Source: Deltaproteobacteria bacterium
GTDB lineage: Bacteria; Desulfobacterota; Binatia; Binatales; Binataceae
Direction: 5' to 3'
Length of the DNA stretch: 64,000 nucleotides
NCBI GenBank assembly: GCA_021780225.1
Contig: JAJXZF010000061.1
Location: 18,324 to 82,323 of the forward strand
A program made the position numbers and the translations under genes. Of this stretch, positions 9,254 through 17,937 are shown piece by piece. Position 1 is the first letter of the stretch; every line of letters starts with the position of its first letter. The notes under the pieces were generated by a model, which was given only the letters and a program-made list of their open reading frames with translations, was not told the origin of the DNA and searched no databases.

Positions 9254-9898
9254 CTAAAAACCCTCGCTCATCGAGTTGTAGAGATTTTGCGCCAGAAACT
9301 CCATCTCCTGGTTCTGCGCGGTCGCCGCCTGAGTTTGCGCCACCTGAATATCGGGCATCTGCGCGATATCCTGCGAGCGCAGGTTCTGCTGCAGAAAGTA
9401 CGGCGAGGTCGTAATCGCGGCGCCCGCGACGACCGGAAAATTCTGCGACGCGCTGATGTCGCGGGAACTCCAGATCACTTTGCGTGTATGTTCGTCGATT
9501 AGCGCGGCCTGCGCGCTAATCGAGCCGGTGTACAGCGTCGGTTCGGCGGCGGCGTTGAAGGCGATCGGCAGCGAATCGTCGAAAGTTATATCGCCGCTCA
9601 ACACCAAATCGGCGTTCTGCCGGCTATCGACGATTTGCAGGCGCTTGTGATTGGAGATTTCGTCCGCGAGATAACGCATAAAAACGTCGTTGATGCCGGT
9701 TACCCGAGTGCGATTGCCGAACCGTTCGACGTAAATCGTCTTCGCATCCGACGGCAAGCCGCTGCCCTCGGCCGCGAAATGATACCCGCATCCCGCGGCG
9801 CCGATCGCGAGCGCCATGCCGAGCGCGGCGACACGGCCGAACGCGCGGCGCGGCGCGCGCTCAAACCGCGCCGATTTTGGCCGGGTTGCTGTCTTCAC
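9254..9898 (-). CDS. lptE: LPS-assembly lipoprotein LptE-like
   Basis: Lipobox ALAIGAAGC followed by GYHF...LPSDAKTIYV..F.N.T, as in LptE, and its position directly upstream of holA. The start is uncertain. GTG at 9898 gives a proper basic signal peptide but overlaps nusB by 38 nt. ATG at 9817 gives a signal that is too short. Confidence 0.6.
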   Translation of the reverse strand: MKTATRPKSARFERAPRRAFGRVAALGMALAIGAAGCGYHFAAEGSGLPSDAKTIYVERFGNRTRVTGINDVFMRYLADEISNHKRLQIVDSRQNADLVLSGDITFDDSLPIAFNAAAEPTLYTGSISAQAALIDEHTRKVIWSSRDISASQNFPVVAGAAITTSPYFLQQNLRSQDIAQMPDIQVAQTQAATAQNQEMEFLAQNLYNSMSEGF

Positions 9899-10313
9899 CT
9901 TTGTCCTTGAGCTTGAGGCGGGCCGCAAGATGGTCGAGCACGCCGTTGACGAAACGGCCCGAATCGCGATCGCCGTAGGTCTTGGCGAGTTCGATCGCCT
10001 CGTCGATCGTAACCCGCGCCGGCACGTCGTCCAGATGGAGCAGTTCGTAGAGCGCCAGCCGCAGAATGTTGTGATCGACCCGCGAGAGCCTGCCGATCGA
10101 CCAATGTTCGAGATCGGCGGCGATTTCCCGGTCGAGAACCGCGCGATTCGCACGCACTCCTTCGACCAATTGGCCGGCGAACCTGCGCGCCGCGTCCTCG
10201 CCGGCGAAGGCCTCGAAGAAAAGCGCCAGATCGTCGTTCGAGGCGCCGCCGCGCAGATCGATCTGATAAAGCGCCTGCAGCGCGATTTCACGTCCGCTAT
10301 GCCGGCCGCCCAT
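9861..10313 (-). CDS. nusB: Transcription antitermination factor NusB
   Basis: GREIALQALYQIDL... and ELAKTYGDRDSGRFVNGVLD motifs. ATG at 10313 has a GAGGA upstream. Confidence 0.85.
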   Translation of the reverse strand: MGGRHSGREIALQALYQIDLRGGASNDDLALFFEAFAGEDAARRFAGQLVEGVRANRAVLDREIAADLEHWSIGRLSRVDHNILRLALYELLHLDDVPARVTIDEAIELAKTYGDRDSGRFVNGVLDHLAARLKLKDKGEDSNPAKIGAV

Positions 10314-10344
10314 GACGCTCCGCAATCCTCAATCCAAAAAAACT

Positions 10345-10623
10345 TCAGTTGCCGCGTTCCCGCTGAATCAGCGCCGCCAAGCCTTCATCCTGGCCCGCTG
10401 CGCCCGCCCAAAACACCGCCTTCAACGCCGGATCGTACTCGACGCCGTAGGCCGTAAGCACTTCGTTGAAATCGCGTTCGTCCTCATCGCTCATCCGCCG
10501 GTACAACAACGCCAGATCGTTGTGCGTGCGGTCCCATGCCCGTAGCGCGCAAATCGCGCCAAGCGTCGCAATCTCATCGAGCAGTTCGGTCCGCGCGTCT
10601 TCATCCAATTCGATAAGCTTCAT
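10345..10623 (-). CDS. Hypothetical small acidic protein occupying the usual ribH position
   Basis: MKLIELDEDARTELLDEIATLG... No family recognised. The start could instead be the TTG at 10689. Confidence 0.4.
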   Translation of the reverse strand: MKLIELDEDARTELLDEIATLGAICALRAWDRTHNDLALLYRRMSDEDERDFNEVLTAYGVEYDPALKAVFWAGAAGQDEGLAALIQRERGN

Positions 10624-10678
10624 GAGTTCAGGCCCTGTCCTTTGCGATGCGGCCCAGCCAAGCGCCGCATCGCAACCC

Positions 10679-11890
10679 TCAAGTGACAACCTTGAGCTGG
10701 GTAAACAGATGGCCGAGTTTTTCCTTCTTGGTCTTCAAATACTCGATATTGCCGTGATGGGCGGGCACTTCCAGCGGTTCGCGCGCGACGGTCACACCGT
10801 AACGCTGCAGGCTTTCTATTTTATGCGGATTGTTGGTCAACAATCTAACTTCGCCGACGCCCAGGTCGCGCAGAATCTGCGCCCCGATGCCGTAATCGCG
10901 CAGGTCTTCCTTGAATCCCAACTCCAGGTTCGCTTCGACGGTGTCGAGACCCTGATCCTGCAGCGCATAAGCGCGAATCTTGTTGCCGAGGCCGATGCCG
11001 CGCCCTTCCTGATGCAAATAAATGATCACCCCGGCGTCGGCGGCCAGAATCCGCCGGATCGATTCGGCAAGCTGTGCCCCGCAATCGCATCGGTTCGATC
11101 CGAAAACGTCGCCCGTAAGGCATTCCGAATGAATCCGCACGAGGGCCGGACGCCCGTTGCCGACCGCGCCTTTGACCAGCGCCAGATGCTCGCGGCCGTC
11201 CACCACGTTGCGGAACACGATCGCTTTCAGCTCGCCGCCAGCCAGCGCAAAGGGACTTTCGCCGACGCGCTGCACCAGAATTTCATGCTTGAGCCGGTAC
11301 GAGACGAGGTCGCGAATCAAGCAGATCGGCAAATCGTGCGATGCGGCGAATTCGCGCAATTCCGCCATCCGCGCCGCCTCGCCGTCTTCGCACAAAATCG
11401 CGCAACTGGCGGCGGCCGGCCGCATTCCGGCGGCGCGCGCCAAATCGACCGCGCCTTCCGCCCGCCCGATCCGCATCATCACGCCGCCGCTCAGCGCCAT
11501 CAACGGCAGCACGTGGCCGGGCATCACAAGGTCTTCCGGACCGGATTTGTCCGACGCCAGCACCTGAATCGTGCGCGCGCGATCGTTGGCCGAGATTCCG
11601 GTGGTTACGCCCTCGCGCGCTTCGACCAGCGCGCCGGCCTGTTCGGCGAAATCGTCTCCCTGGCTCGACGGCACCAGCGGAATTCCCAGCTCGCGCATCC
11701 GCTTTTCCGGCAGCGCGACCGAAACCACTCCGCGGCCATGAATCACCATGAAATTGACGTGCGCGGGCGTGATTTTTTCCGCGGCCATTACCAAATCGCC
11801 CTCGCCGAATTCGCTGTCGTCCGAAATCATGACGACCATCTTGCCTGCGCGAATTTGACGAAATGCGTCTTCCAGATTGCTGCCGGCCAC
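10679..11890 (-). CDS. ribBA: Bifunctional 3,4-dihydroxy-2-butanone-4-phosphate synthase / GTP cyclohydrolase II
   Basis: DHBP synthase N-terminal half (GEGDLVMAAEKITP) and GCH II half (RIHSECLTGDVFGSNRCDCG). Confidence 0.92.
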   Translation of the reverse strand: MAGSNLEDAFRQIRAGKMVVMISDDSEFGEGDLVMAAEKITPAHVNFMVIHGRGVVSVALPEKRMRELGIPLVPSSQGDDFAEQAGALVEAREGVTTGISANDRARTIQVLASDKSGPEDLVMPGHVLPLMALSGGVMMRIGRAEGAVDLARAAGMRPAAASCAILCEDGEAARMAELREFAASHDLPICLIRDLVSYRLKHEILVQRVGESPFALAGGELKAIVFRNVVDGREHLALVKGAVGNGRPALVRIHSECLTGDVFGSNRCDCGAQLAESIRRILAADAGVIIYLHQEGRGIGLGNKIRAYALQDQGLDTVEANLELGFKEDLRDYGIGAQILRDLGVGEVRLLTNNPHKIESLQRYGVTVAREPLEVPAHHGNIEYLKTKKEKLGHLFTQLKVVT

Positions 11891-11973
11891 TGTGTCTCTA
11901 CTCCGTTCGAGATAGTACCATCGCGCCCGCCCCCCGCAAAATTGTCCGCAGGGCGGAATTGGCGCCGACCGGC

Positions 11974-13155
11974 TCAGGTTGGGCGAACGCGCCCGCCTTT
12001 GCGCGGCGCGACTTCGGCTTCGATCAGCAAATCTCCGCCCACCGGAGCGGCGCGCAGATTCGCGAGCGCGATCGCCTCGGCCACGCGCCGAAAATCCAGA
12101 CCGGCGATGGCCGGCGCCCCTGAGCCGAGAATTTTCGGCGCGGCGAAGAACGCTACGCGATCGACCACGCCCGCCGCCAGCGCCGCGCCGGCCAGATTCG
12201 CACCGCCTTCGAGCAGCGCCCTGGCGTATCCGCGCCGGCCCAGTTCACGCATCAGAGCCGCCAAATCGATTCGCCCGCCGGTCGCGGGCAGGCCAATAAA
12301 ATCCAGCTCAGGTCCGGCGGCGCCGGCGCGATAACGCCGGCGCGCCCGCGCCAGATTTTCGGCCGCGGTGGCGAGAATCGTCGGCGCCGCGGAGCGCAAA
12401 TGAAAAACGTTGGCGGCCGGCGAAACCCGCAACCGGCCATCGACGACCACCCGCACCGGATCGCGCCCGCCTTCGATTCGGCAATTCAAGCGCGGATTAT
12501 CCGCCGCGACTGTGGCCGCGCCGACCATCACGACATCCGCTTCGCGGCGCCAGCGATGGACTATCGCGCGCGATTCTTCCGAACTGATCCATCGCGAATC
12601 CCCGCCGGCCGCGGCGATTCTGCCGTCGAGCGTCATCGCGAGCTTGAGCGTGACGAACGGCCGGCCGCGCGTGACGCGCGTGATAAAGCCCTCGTTCACG
12701 CGGCGGCATTCGTCCTCGCATACGCCCGCGACGACGTCGATTCCGGCGCGGCGCAGGATCGCAAGACCGCGGCCGCGCACGGGCGGATAGGGATCGAGGC
12801 ATCCAGCGACCACCCGCGCCACGCCCGCCGCCACGAGCGTTTTCGCGCATGACGGAGTTTGACCACGATGGGCGCACGGTTCGAGCGAGACATAGGCGGT
12901 GGCGCCGCGCGCCCGCACGCCGGCCTGCGCGAGCGCGACCGCTTCCGCATGGGGCCGGCCGCCGGCGGCGGTCGCGCCGCGGCCAACGATACGTCCGGCG
13001 CGCACGATCACGCACCCGACGGCGGGATTCGGCGTGGTCAAGCCGAGCTGCGCCCGCGCCAAGTCGAGCGCCATCCGCAGGTAACGTTCGTCGCCCGGCG
13101 TCGGGTTCGACGCGCGACGCGGCCCGGAGTCATGCCGGCGGCTTCGGCCAGCCAT
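11974..13155 (-). CDS. ribD: Bifunctional diaminohydroxyphosphoribosylaminopyrimidine deaminase / 5-amino-6-(5-phosphoribosylamino)uracil reductase
   Basis: Deaminase zinc motif HAE...PCAHRGQTPSC plus a reductase C-terminal half. Confidence 0.9.
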   Translation of the reverse strand: MAGRSRRHDSGPRRASNPTPGDERYLRMALDLARAQLGLTTPNPAVGCVIVRAGRIVGRGATAAGGRPHAEAVALAQAGVRARGATAYVSLEPCAHRGQTPSCAKTLVAAGVARVVAGCLDPYPPVRGRGLAILRRAGIDVVAGVCEDECRRVNEGFITRVTRGRPFVTLKLAMTLDGRIAAAGGDSRWISSEESRAIVHRWRREADVVMVGAATVAADNPRLNCRIEGGRDPVRVVVDGRLRVSPAANVFHLRSAAPTILATAAENLARARRRYRAGAAGPELDFIGLPATGGRIDLAALMRELGRRGYARALLEGGANLAGAALAAGVVDRVAFFAAPKILGSGAPAIAGLDFRRVAEAIALANLRAAPVGGDLLIEAEVAPRKGGRVRPT

Positions 13156-13157
13156 CG

Positions 13158-13676
13158 TCAGGCGGAAGACTCGCTCTTTTTTTCACGCGGCCGGACCGGA
13201 GCCGGAGCGGCGGCCGGGCCCTCGCGCTGGCGAATCAATTCTTCAAGCTCCTGCATGAATTCGCCGATATCTTTGAAGGATCGATAGACCGAGGCGAAAC
13301 GCACGTAGGCGACCTGGTCAATCTCTTGAAGCGCGTTCATCACGGCGGCGCCGATAAAAGAACTCAGCGTCTCTTTGCCGCCGAGATCGGCGGCCGCCGC
13401 TTCGATTCGATCGGCGATCTTTTCGATCGTTTCCATCGAGACCGGCCGTTTCTCGCAGGCGCGCTTGATTCCGGCGATCACTTTATGCCGATCGAACGGC
13501 TCCCGCCGGCCATCTTTCTTCACCACCACGGGAGCGGCTTCCTCGACCCGTTCATAGGTGGTGAAACGGCGCTTGCAGGCCGCACACATGCGCCGCCGCC
13601 GGATTGTGCCGCCGTCACCGGAAAGACGGGAATCGACGACGCGATTGCCCCGATTTCGGCAGAACGGACAGCGCAT
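13158..13676 (-). CDS. nrdR: Transcriptional repressor NrdR
   Basis: [17 protein letters not shown]...[12 protein letters not shown] zinc ribbon plus an ATP-cone. Confidence 0.92.
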   Translation of the reverse strand: MRCPFCRNRGNRVVDSRLSGDGGTIRRRRMCAACKRRFTTYERVEEAAPVVVKKDGRREPFDRHKVIAGIKRACEKRPVSMETIEKIADRIEAAAADLGGKETLSSFIGAAVMNALQEIDQVAYVRFASVYRSFKDIGEFMQELEELIRQREGPAAAPAPVRPREKKSESSA

Positions 13677-13710
13677 CGTTCACCGCTCCCTCAGGCGCGG
13701 CCGGGCGCGG

Positions 13711-13749
13711 TTAAAAGACGGCCCGCCGAATCTGGATTCGACGGGCCGT
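13711..13749 (-). terminator. Intrinsic terminator candidate downstream of acpP
   Basis: On the minus strand there is a roughly 15 bp GC-rich stem (13749-13735 pairing with 13732-13718, one G-U pair). It is followed by CUUUUAA. Confidence 0.55.
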
Positions 13750-13824
13750 GCCAAAAATTCGCGATCGCCCGCGCCAACGGCGTCCCGCCGGGATGCTCCG
13801 GCCGCCGCCGCGCGAGATGAGCGA

Positions 13825-14064
13825 TTAGCTTTTGTGCGCTTCGATATAACCGACGACATCCTTGACGGTGCGAATCTTCTCGGCGTCTTCGTCCGAGATT
13901 TCGATTCCATATTCCTCTTCGAGCGCCATCACCAGTTCGACGATATCGAGCGAATCGGCGCCGAGGTCTTCGATAAACGACGCTTCGGGCGTCACTTCGT
14001 CAGCCGACACGCCCAACTGCTCGCTAATGATTTCGCGAACCTTGGATTCGACGTCTCCAGCCAT
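13825..14064 (-). CDS. acpP: Acyl carrier protein
   Basis: [20 protein letters not shown] phosphopantetheine site. AGGAGGA RBS. Confidence 0.93.
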   Translation of the reverse strand: MAGDVESKVREIISEQLGVSADEVTPEASFIEDLGADSLDIVELVMALEEEYGIEISDEDAEKIRTVKDVVGYIEAHKS

Positions 14065-14340
14065 ATTATTTAGGTTCCTCCTGCCAGCCCGGGCATCATT
14101 TGCCGTTGCCGGAATTCATCGCCGGCCCGGGGATACGCCTGCCGGAATTCGCTACGCACGATCTCAAGTTTCGCGCCGATGCCCAAGCCGAAATCAGGAT
14201 CGCTCCCCGCAGCCTATCGCGAAGCTTAGGGACTTGGGCGCATCTAGGCAAGTTGCCGAAGGGCGGATTTCCGAGCAATCCCGGAATGAATCCGCCGCCG
14301 CGCCCGCTTTCCGAATAATTTCAATAAAACGCTCCCGCCG

Positions 14341-15294
14341 TCAGCCGTTGGCTTCGGCCAGGGCGGCAATCGAAGCGCGCAACGACGATGCGTCCTCCGC
14401 CGCGCGCACTTTGACATTGCGATCGATTCGGCGCATCAGGCCCGCCAGGACCCGGCCCGCGCCGATCTCGACGGTTTCCGCAATTCCGCGCGCCGCAAGC
14501 AGACGCATCGACTCTTCCCATCGCACGGAACCGGTAATCTGATCGAGCAGCAGCGGCGCCACCCGTGCGGCGTCGCGATTTTCCTCGGCCGTCACATTGG
14601 CGATCACGCCGAATTTCAGAGGATTGATCGTGAGCCGCGCCAGCACCGGCTCCATCCCATCGCGCGCCGGCCGCATCAAGGGACAATGAAATGGCGCGCT
14701 CACTTTCAGTTCGACCGAACCGCCCGCGCCTTTGCTCTTGGCGAGTTCCAGCGCGCGGCGCACCGCCCCGGCGTGACCGGATATTACGATCTGCCCGGGC
14801 GCGTTGAGATTCGCCGCGACGACGATTTCGCCGCCGCTCGAAGCCTCGGCGCAGAGCGCGTTGACCGCGTCGAGATCAAGCCCGATCAACGCCGCCATCG
14901 ATCCCTGGCCCGGCGGACAGGCCTCCTGCATCAAACGTCCGCGCTCGCGGACCGCGCGCACCGCGTCGGCCAGGCTGAACGCTCCGGCGGCGACCAGCGC
15001 GCTGTATTCGCCGAGGCTGTGGCCGGCGGCCAGCTCGGGACGAATCGAACATTCCGATTCGAAGGCGCGCAGCGCCGCGATCGAGGTAGCGAGCGTGGCC
15101 GGCTGGGTATTCGCGGTAAGGCGCAAATCATCTTCCGGCCCCTCGAAACAAAGCCGCGACAACGAAAAGCCGAGCGCTTCGTCGGCTTCTTCAAACACGC
15201 GCCGGGCGGCGGGAAACTCGCGCGCCAGATCCGCTCCCATCCCGACTTTCTGCGATCCTTGGCCGGGAAACAGGAAGCCCACCTTTATCGCCAT
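14341..15294 (-). CDS. fabD: Malonyl CoA-ACP transacylase
   Basis: FPGQGSQ and GHSLGEYSAL motifs. Confidence 0.92.
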   Translation of the reverse strand: MAIKVGFLFPGQGSQKVGMGADLAREFPAARRVFEEADEALGFSLSRLCFEGPEDDLRLTANTQPATLATSIAALRAFESECSIRPELAAGHSLGEYSALVAAGAFSLADAVRAVRERGRLMQEACPPGQGSMAALIGLDLDAVNALCAEASSGGEIVVAANLNAPGQIVISGHAGAVRRALELAKSKGAGGSVELKVSAPFHCPLMRPARDGMEPVLARLTINPLKFGVIANVTAEENRDAARVAPLLLDQITGSVRWEESMRLLAARGIAETVEIGAGRVLAGLMRRIDRNVKVRAAEDASSLRASIAALAEANG

Positions 15295-15339
15295 GCGCTC
15301 TCCAATGTTTGGGGTATCCGCGGCGGACCAAGAGCCGTG

Positions 15340-16917
15340 TCAGTGCGGCCCTTTTTTCTCTGCGTGCGGAGAATCGACGATTAAACCGTTCGCCAGCGGC
15401 GGCTTCGCTCCTCGCGCATCGGAATCGGCCGACTCGCCCTCCGGTCCGTTGACCAGACGTTCGGCGCCGCCATGATGGCCGTTGGCCGCCGCGACGCGCG
15501 GATTCGCCGGCGCGCGATCCGCTTCTTCGGCCGGCGCTTTCCGAACTTCGGCTGAAACCAGCGCCGGCTTAGCGATCGCTTCGGCGCGCTCGTCTTTTTC
15601 CGGCCGATTCGGCTTGTCGTTCGATTCCGGTGAATGCGGAGCGGGCGGAGGCGCCGCGGCCACGGCCGGCGCGAGCTCGCCCGTCGGAGACTTTTCGCCA
15701 ACCGTGGGTTTCTCAGCCGCCGGCGGACGCAAACTGCCGGTTTTCACGGCCGGCTGCGCGGAGCCTTCGGTCCGGCCTGATTTCTCTGTTTTCTCGCCTT
15801 TCGCAGGCTTCTCCGGCTTGCGCTCCGGATGGCCCTCGCGATGGAGATGCAGGCGCTCGCGCATCCGCACGAACAGGCCGCGGATGCCCTTGCCCGACGG
15901 TTTGACCGTCATCCCGTCCGGGCTGTGCGCGAGAATTTCCACAATTTCCGCGTTGACGTGGCGCACCAGCGCCTCGTTCGCCGCCGCTCTGACGGCGTTG
16001 CGAATCGCCCGCGCGTTTGACGATCCGTGCGCGATTATGGTCACGCCATTGACGCCCAGCAGCGGCGCGCCGCCGTATTCGGCGGGATCGAGCCGTTCGC
16101 GCAACGCGCCGAGCTTGCGCCGAATCATCAGGTACGCGAGCCTGCCGCGGACGCCGCTGGTAAATACCTCGCGCAGATTGCCGAGCATGAAGGAGGCGAA
16201 CCCCTCCATCGTTTTCAGCGCGACGTTGCCGGTGAAACCATCGGTCACCACAACGTCGGCGCGGGCGCGATTGATGTCGCGCCCCTCGACGTAGCCGATG
16301 TAGTTCAGGTAGGCGTCCATCTGCGTCAATACGGCGGCTGCGGCGCGCGTGAGATCGGTGCCCTTGGAAGCCTCCTCGCCGTTCGACAAAATCCCGACGC
16401 GGGGCCTTCCGACGCCGTACACATGATGCCAATAGACGCTGCCCATCACGGCGAATTGAACCAGATGGATCGGCTTTACGTCGGTATTGGCGCCGGCGTC
16501 GATTAGCAGGGCGACGCCGGCCGTGGTCGGCACGAGCGACGCGATCGCCGGCCGGTCAACGCCCGGAAGCGTTTCCAGGATAGCCATCGCGGCGGCCATC
16601 GCCGCACCTGAATTGCCGGCGCTGACGAAGCCGTCCGCGCGTCCCTGCTTGACCATCTCGAGCCCGACATGAATCGAGGATTCGGGCTTGGTCAGCACGG
16701 AATCAAGCGGCGCATCGTCCATCGCGACCACTTCGGCCGCATGCTCGACTTCCAGCGTCAGGCCGCGCGTACGATGCTCGGCAAGCTCGCGCGCGATCAC
16801 GTCGCGATTGCCGACCAGCACGACCTCGACGCCAAGCTCGCGCGCCGCAAGGATGGCGCCTTCGATTACCGCGCGCGGGGCGAGGTCGCCCCCCATGGCG
16901 TCGAGCGCGATTTTCAT
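15340..16917 (-). CDS. plsX: Phosphate acyltransferase PlsX with a roughly 180 aa low-complexity C-terminal extension
   Basis: MKIALDAMGGDLAP start and a full PlsX core of about 340 aa. The frame then stays open through a Pro/Ala/Glu/Lys-rich tail to the stop at 15340. Confidence 0.88.
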   Translation of the reverse strand: MKIALDAMGGDLAPRAVIEGAILAARELGVEVVLVGNRDVIARELAEHRTRGLTLEVEHAAEVVAMDDAPLDSVLTKPESSIHVGLEMVKQGRADGFVSAGNSGAAMAAAMAILETLPGVDRPAIASLVPTTAGVALLIDAGANTDVKPIHLVQFAVMGSVYWHHVYGVGRPRVGILSNGEEASKGTDLTRAAAAVLTQMDAYLNYIGYVEGRDINRARADVVVTDGFTGNVALKTMEGFASFMLGNLREVFTSGVRGRLAYLMIRRKLGALRERLDPAEYGGAPLLGVNGVTIIAHGSSNARAIRNAVRAAANEALVRHVNAEIVEILAHSPDGMTVKPSGKGIRGLFVRMRERLHLHREGHPERKPEKPAKGEKTEKSGRTEGSAQPAVKTGSLRPPAAEKPTVGEKSPTGELAPAVAAAPPPAPHSPESNDKPNRPEKDERAEAIAKPALVSAEVRKAPAEEADRAPANPRVAAANGHHGGAERLVNGPEGESADSDARGAKPPLANGLIVDSPHAEKKGPH

Positions 16918-16932
16918 CGCCGGACCGATTGG

Positions 16933-17112
16933 TTATTCCTGTGCCGCCGCCATCTCGCGTCCGCGATAAGTGCCGCAGTGGCGGCATACGCGATGCGGAA
17001 GCGTCGGTTCGCCGCAATTCGAGCAGGAAACGGGATTTACCGGCGTCAGCGCATCATGCGCCCGCCGCTTGTTGCGTTTGGAGCGGGAGGTACGCCGCTT
17101 GGGTGCTTGCAT
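16933..17112 (-). CDS. rpmF: 50S ribosomal protein L32 (zinc-ribbon type)
   Basis: Absent from the ORF track at 59 aa. Manual translation gives [59 protein letters not shown]. yceD-rpmF-plsX synteny supports it. Confidence 0.85.
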   Translation of the reverse strand: MQAPKRRTSRSKRNKRRAHDALTPVNPVSCSNCGEPTLPHRVCRHCGTYRGREMAAAQE

Positions 17113-17172
17113 GGTCTATTTCTCTCTTGCAACAGCAGTACGTTGGAAATCGAAAATGGGTTTCGCGCCGCC

Positions 17173-17712
17173 CTAATCAGGCCGCCGGACTTTCAGGTTG
17201 CGCAGCACCGCCAGCCGCGGATCGCCGGTTTCAATCCGGCAGGCGCAGCTCTTTTCATTCAGATTCACGCCGCATCGCGGGCACAATCCGCGGCAATCCT
17301 CGCGGCACAACGGCAGCGTCGAATAAGCCAGCAAGGTCTGTTCGCGAATCAACGGCGAAAGGTCAACATCGTCGCCGTCATAAAGCGTAAATTCCAAATC
17401 CTCCGTGCGCATCGCCGCGGCGGTGTCTTCGCCGATCGATCGGGGCGCCAAAACATAACGAAACGGCCGGCTTCTTGGCGCCGTGAACTCCTCGGCGCAG
17501 CGGGCGCACGAGCCATGCGCCACGGCCGATATTTCGCCCTGCAGAAACAACTCGGTTCCCGCTCTGTAATAGGACAAATTGACCTTTACCGGGCCGTCCA
17601 GACTATAATCCCGCATCGCGCCGACGCCCAGCATCCGGTTGATCTCGCCTTCCGGTTCGGGAAATTCCAGTTCCCGCGCTTCGGCGGTGATATCGTCGAC
17701 CCGCAGCCTCAT
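17173..17712 (-). CDS. yceD: YceD/DUF177 family ribosome-maturation-associated protein
   Basis: C-terminal CREDCRGLCPRCGVNLN motif and its position upstream of rpmF. ATG at 17712 (179 aa) is preferred over the 241 aa track ORF. Confidence 0.72.
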   Translation of the reverse strand: MRLRVDDITAEARELEFPEPEGEINRMLGVGAMRDYSLDGPVKVNLSYYRAGTELFLQGEISAVAHGSCARCAEEFTAPRSRPFRYVLAPRSIGEDTAAAMRTEDLEFTLYDGDDVDLSPLIREQTLLAYSTLPLCREDCRGLCPRCGVNLNEKSCACRIETGDPRLAVLRNLKVRRPD

Positions 17713-17752
17713 GTTTCCGGCGAACGTCCCAGGTTCCGGACGCAACGGGCGA

Positions 17753-17780
17753 TTATTACATTTCAATGATCCCCGTCCAA
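17753..17780 (-). promoter_or_regulatory. Candidate promoter for yceD-rpmF-plsX (TTGGAC, 16 nt spacer, TAATAA on the minus strand)
   Basis: Seen by eye about 40 nt upstream of the preferred yceD start. Weak evidence. Confidence 0.3.
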
Positions 17781-17937
17781 GCCGGTCCCAAGCCGCCTCC
17801 TCGCAATCGATTCGACGCCCGACATAGCCCCGATCTTCATCACGCGGCAGGTTCAGATTCAGTTCGCCGAAAAAGCTACGGGCGACCGCCATTGGCAAGC
17901 CGCCCGCATACGCAATTATTTCGACAATCCGCCAGCC

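Noticed and set aside
11891-11973. Looked for an FMN riboswitch or other leader between ribD and ribBA, and upstream of nrdR/ribD
   Set aside because: The gaps are too short (83 and 148 nt), and I see none of the conserved FMN-element sequence blocks. There is only a weak GC hairpin.
10466-12334. 622-aa plus-strand ORF
   Set aside because: It is antisense to ribBA and ribD, which have unambiguous motifs. It has no recognisable domain.
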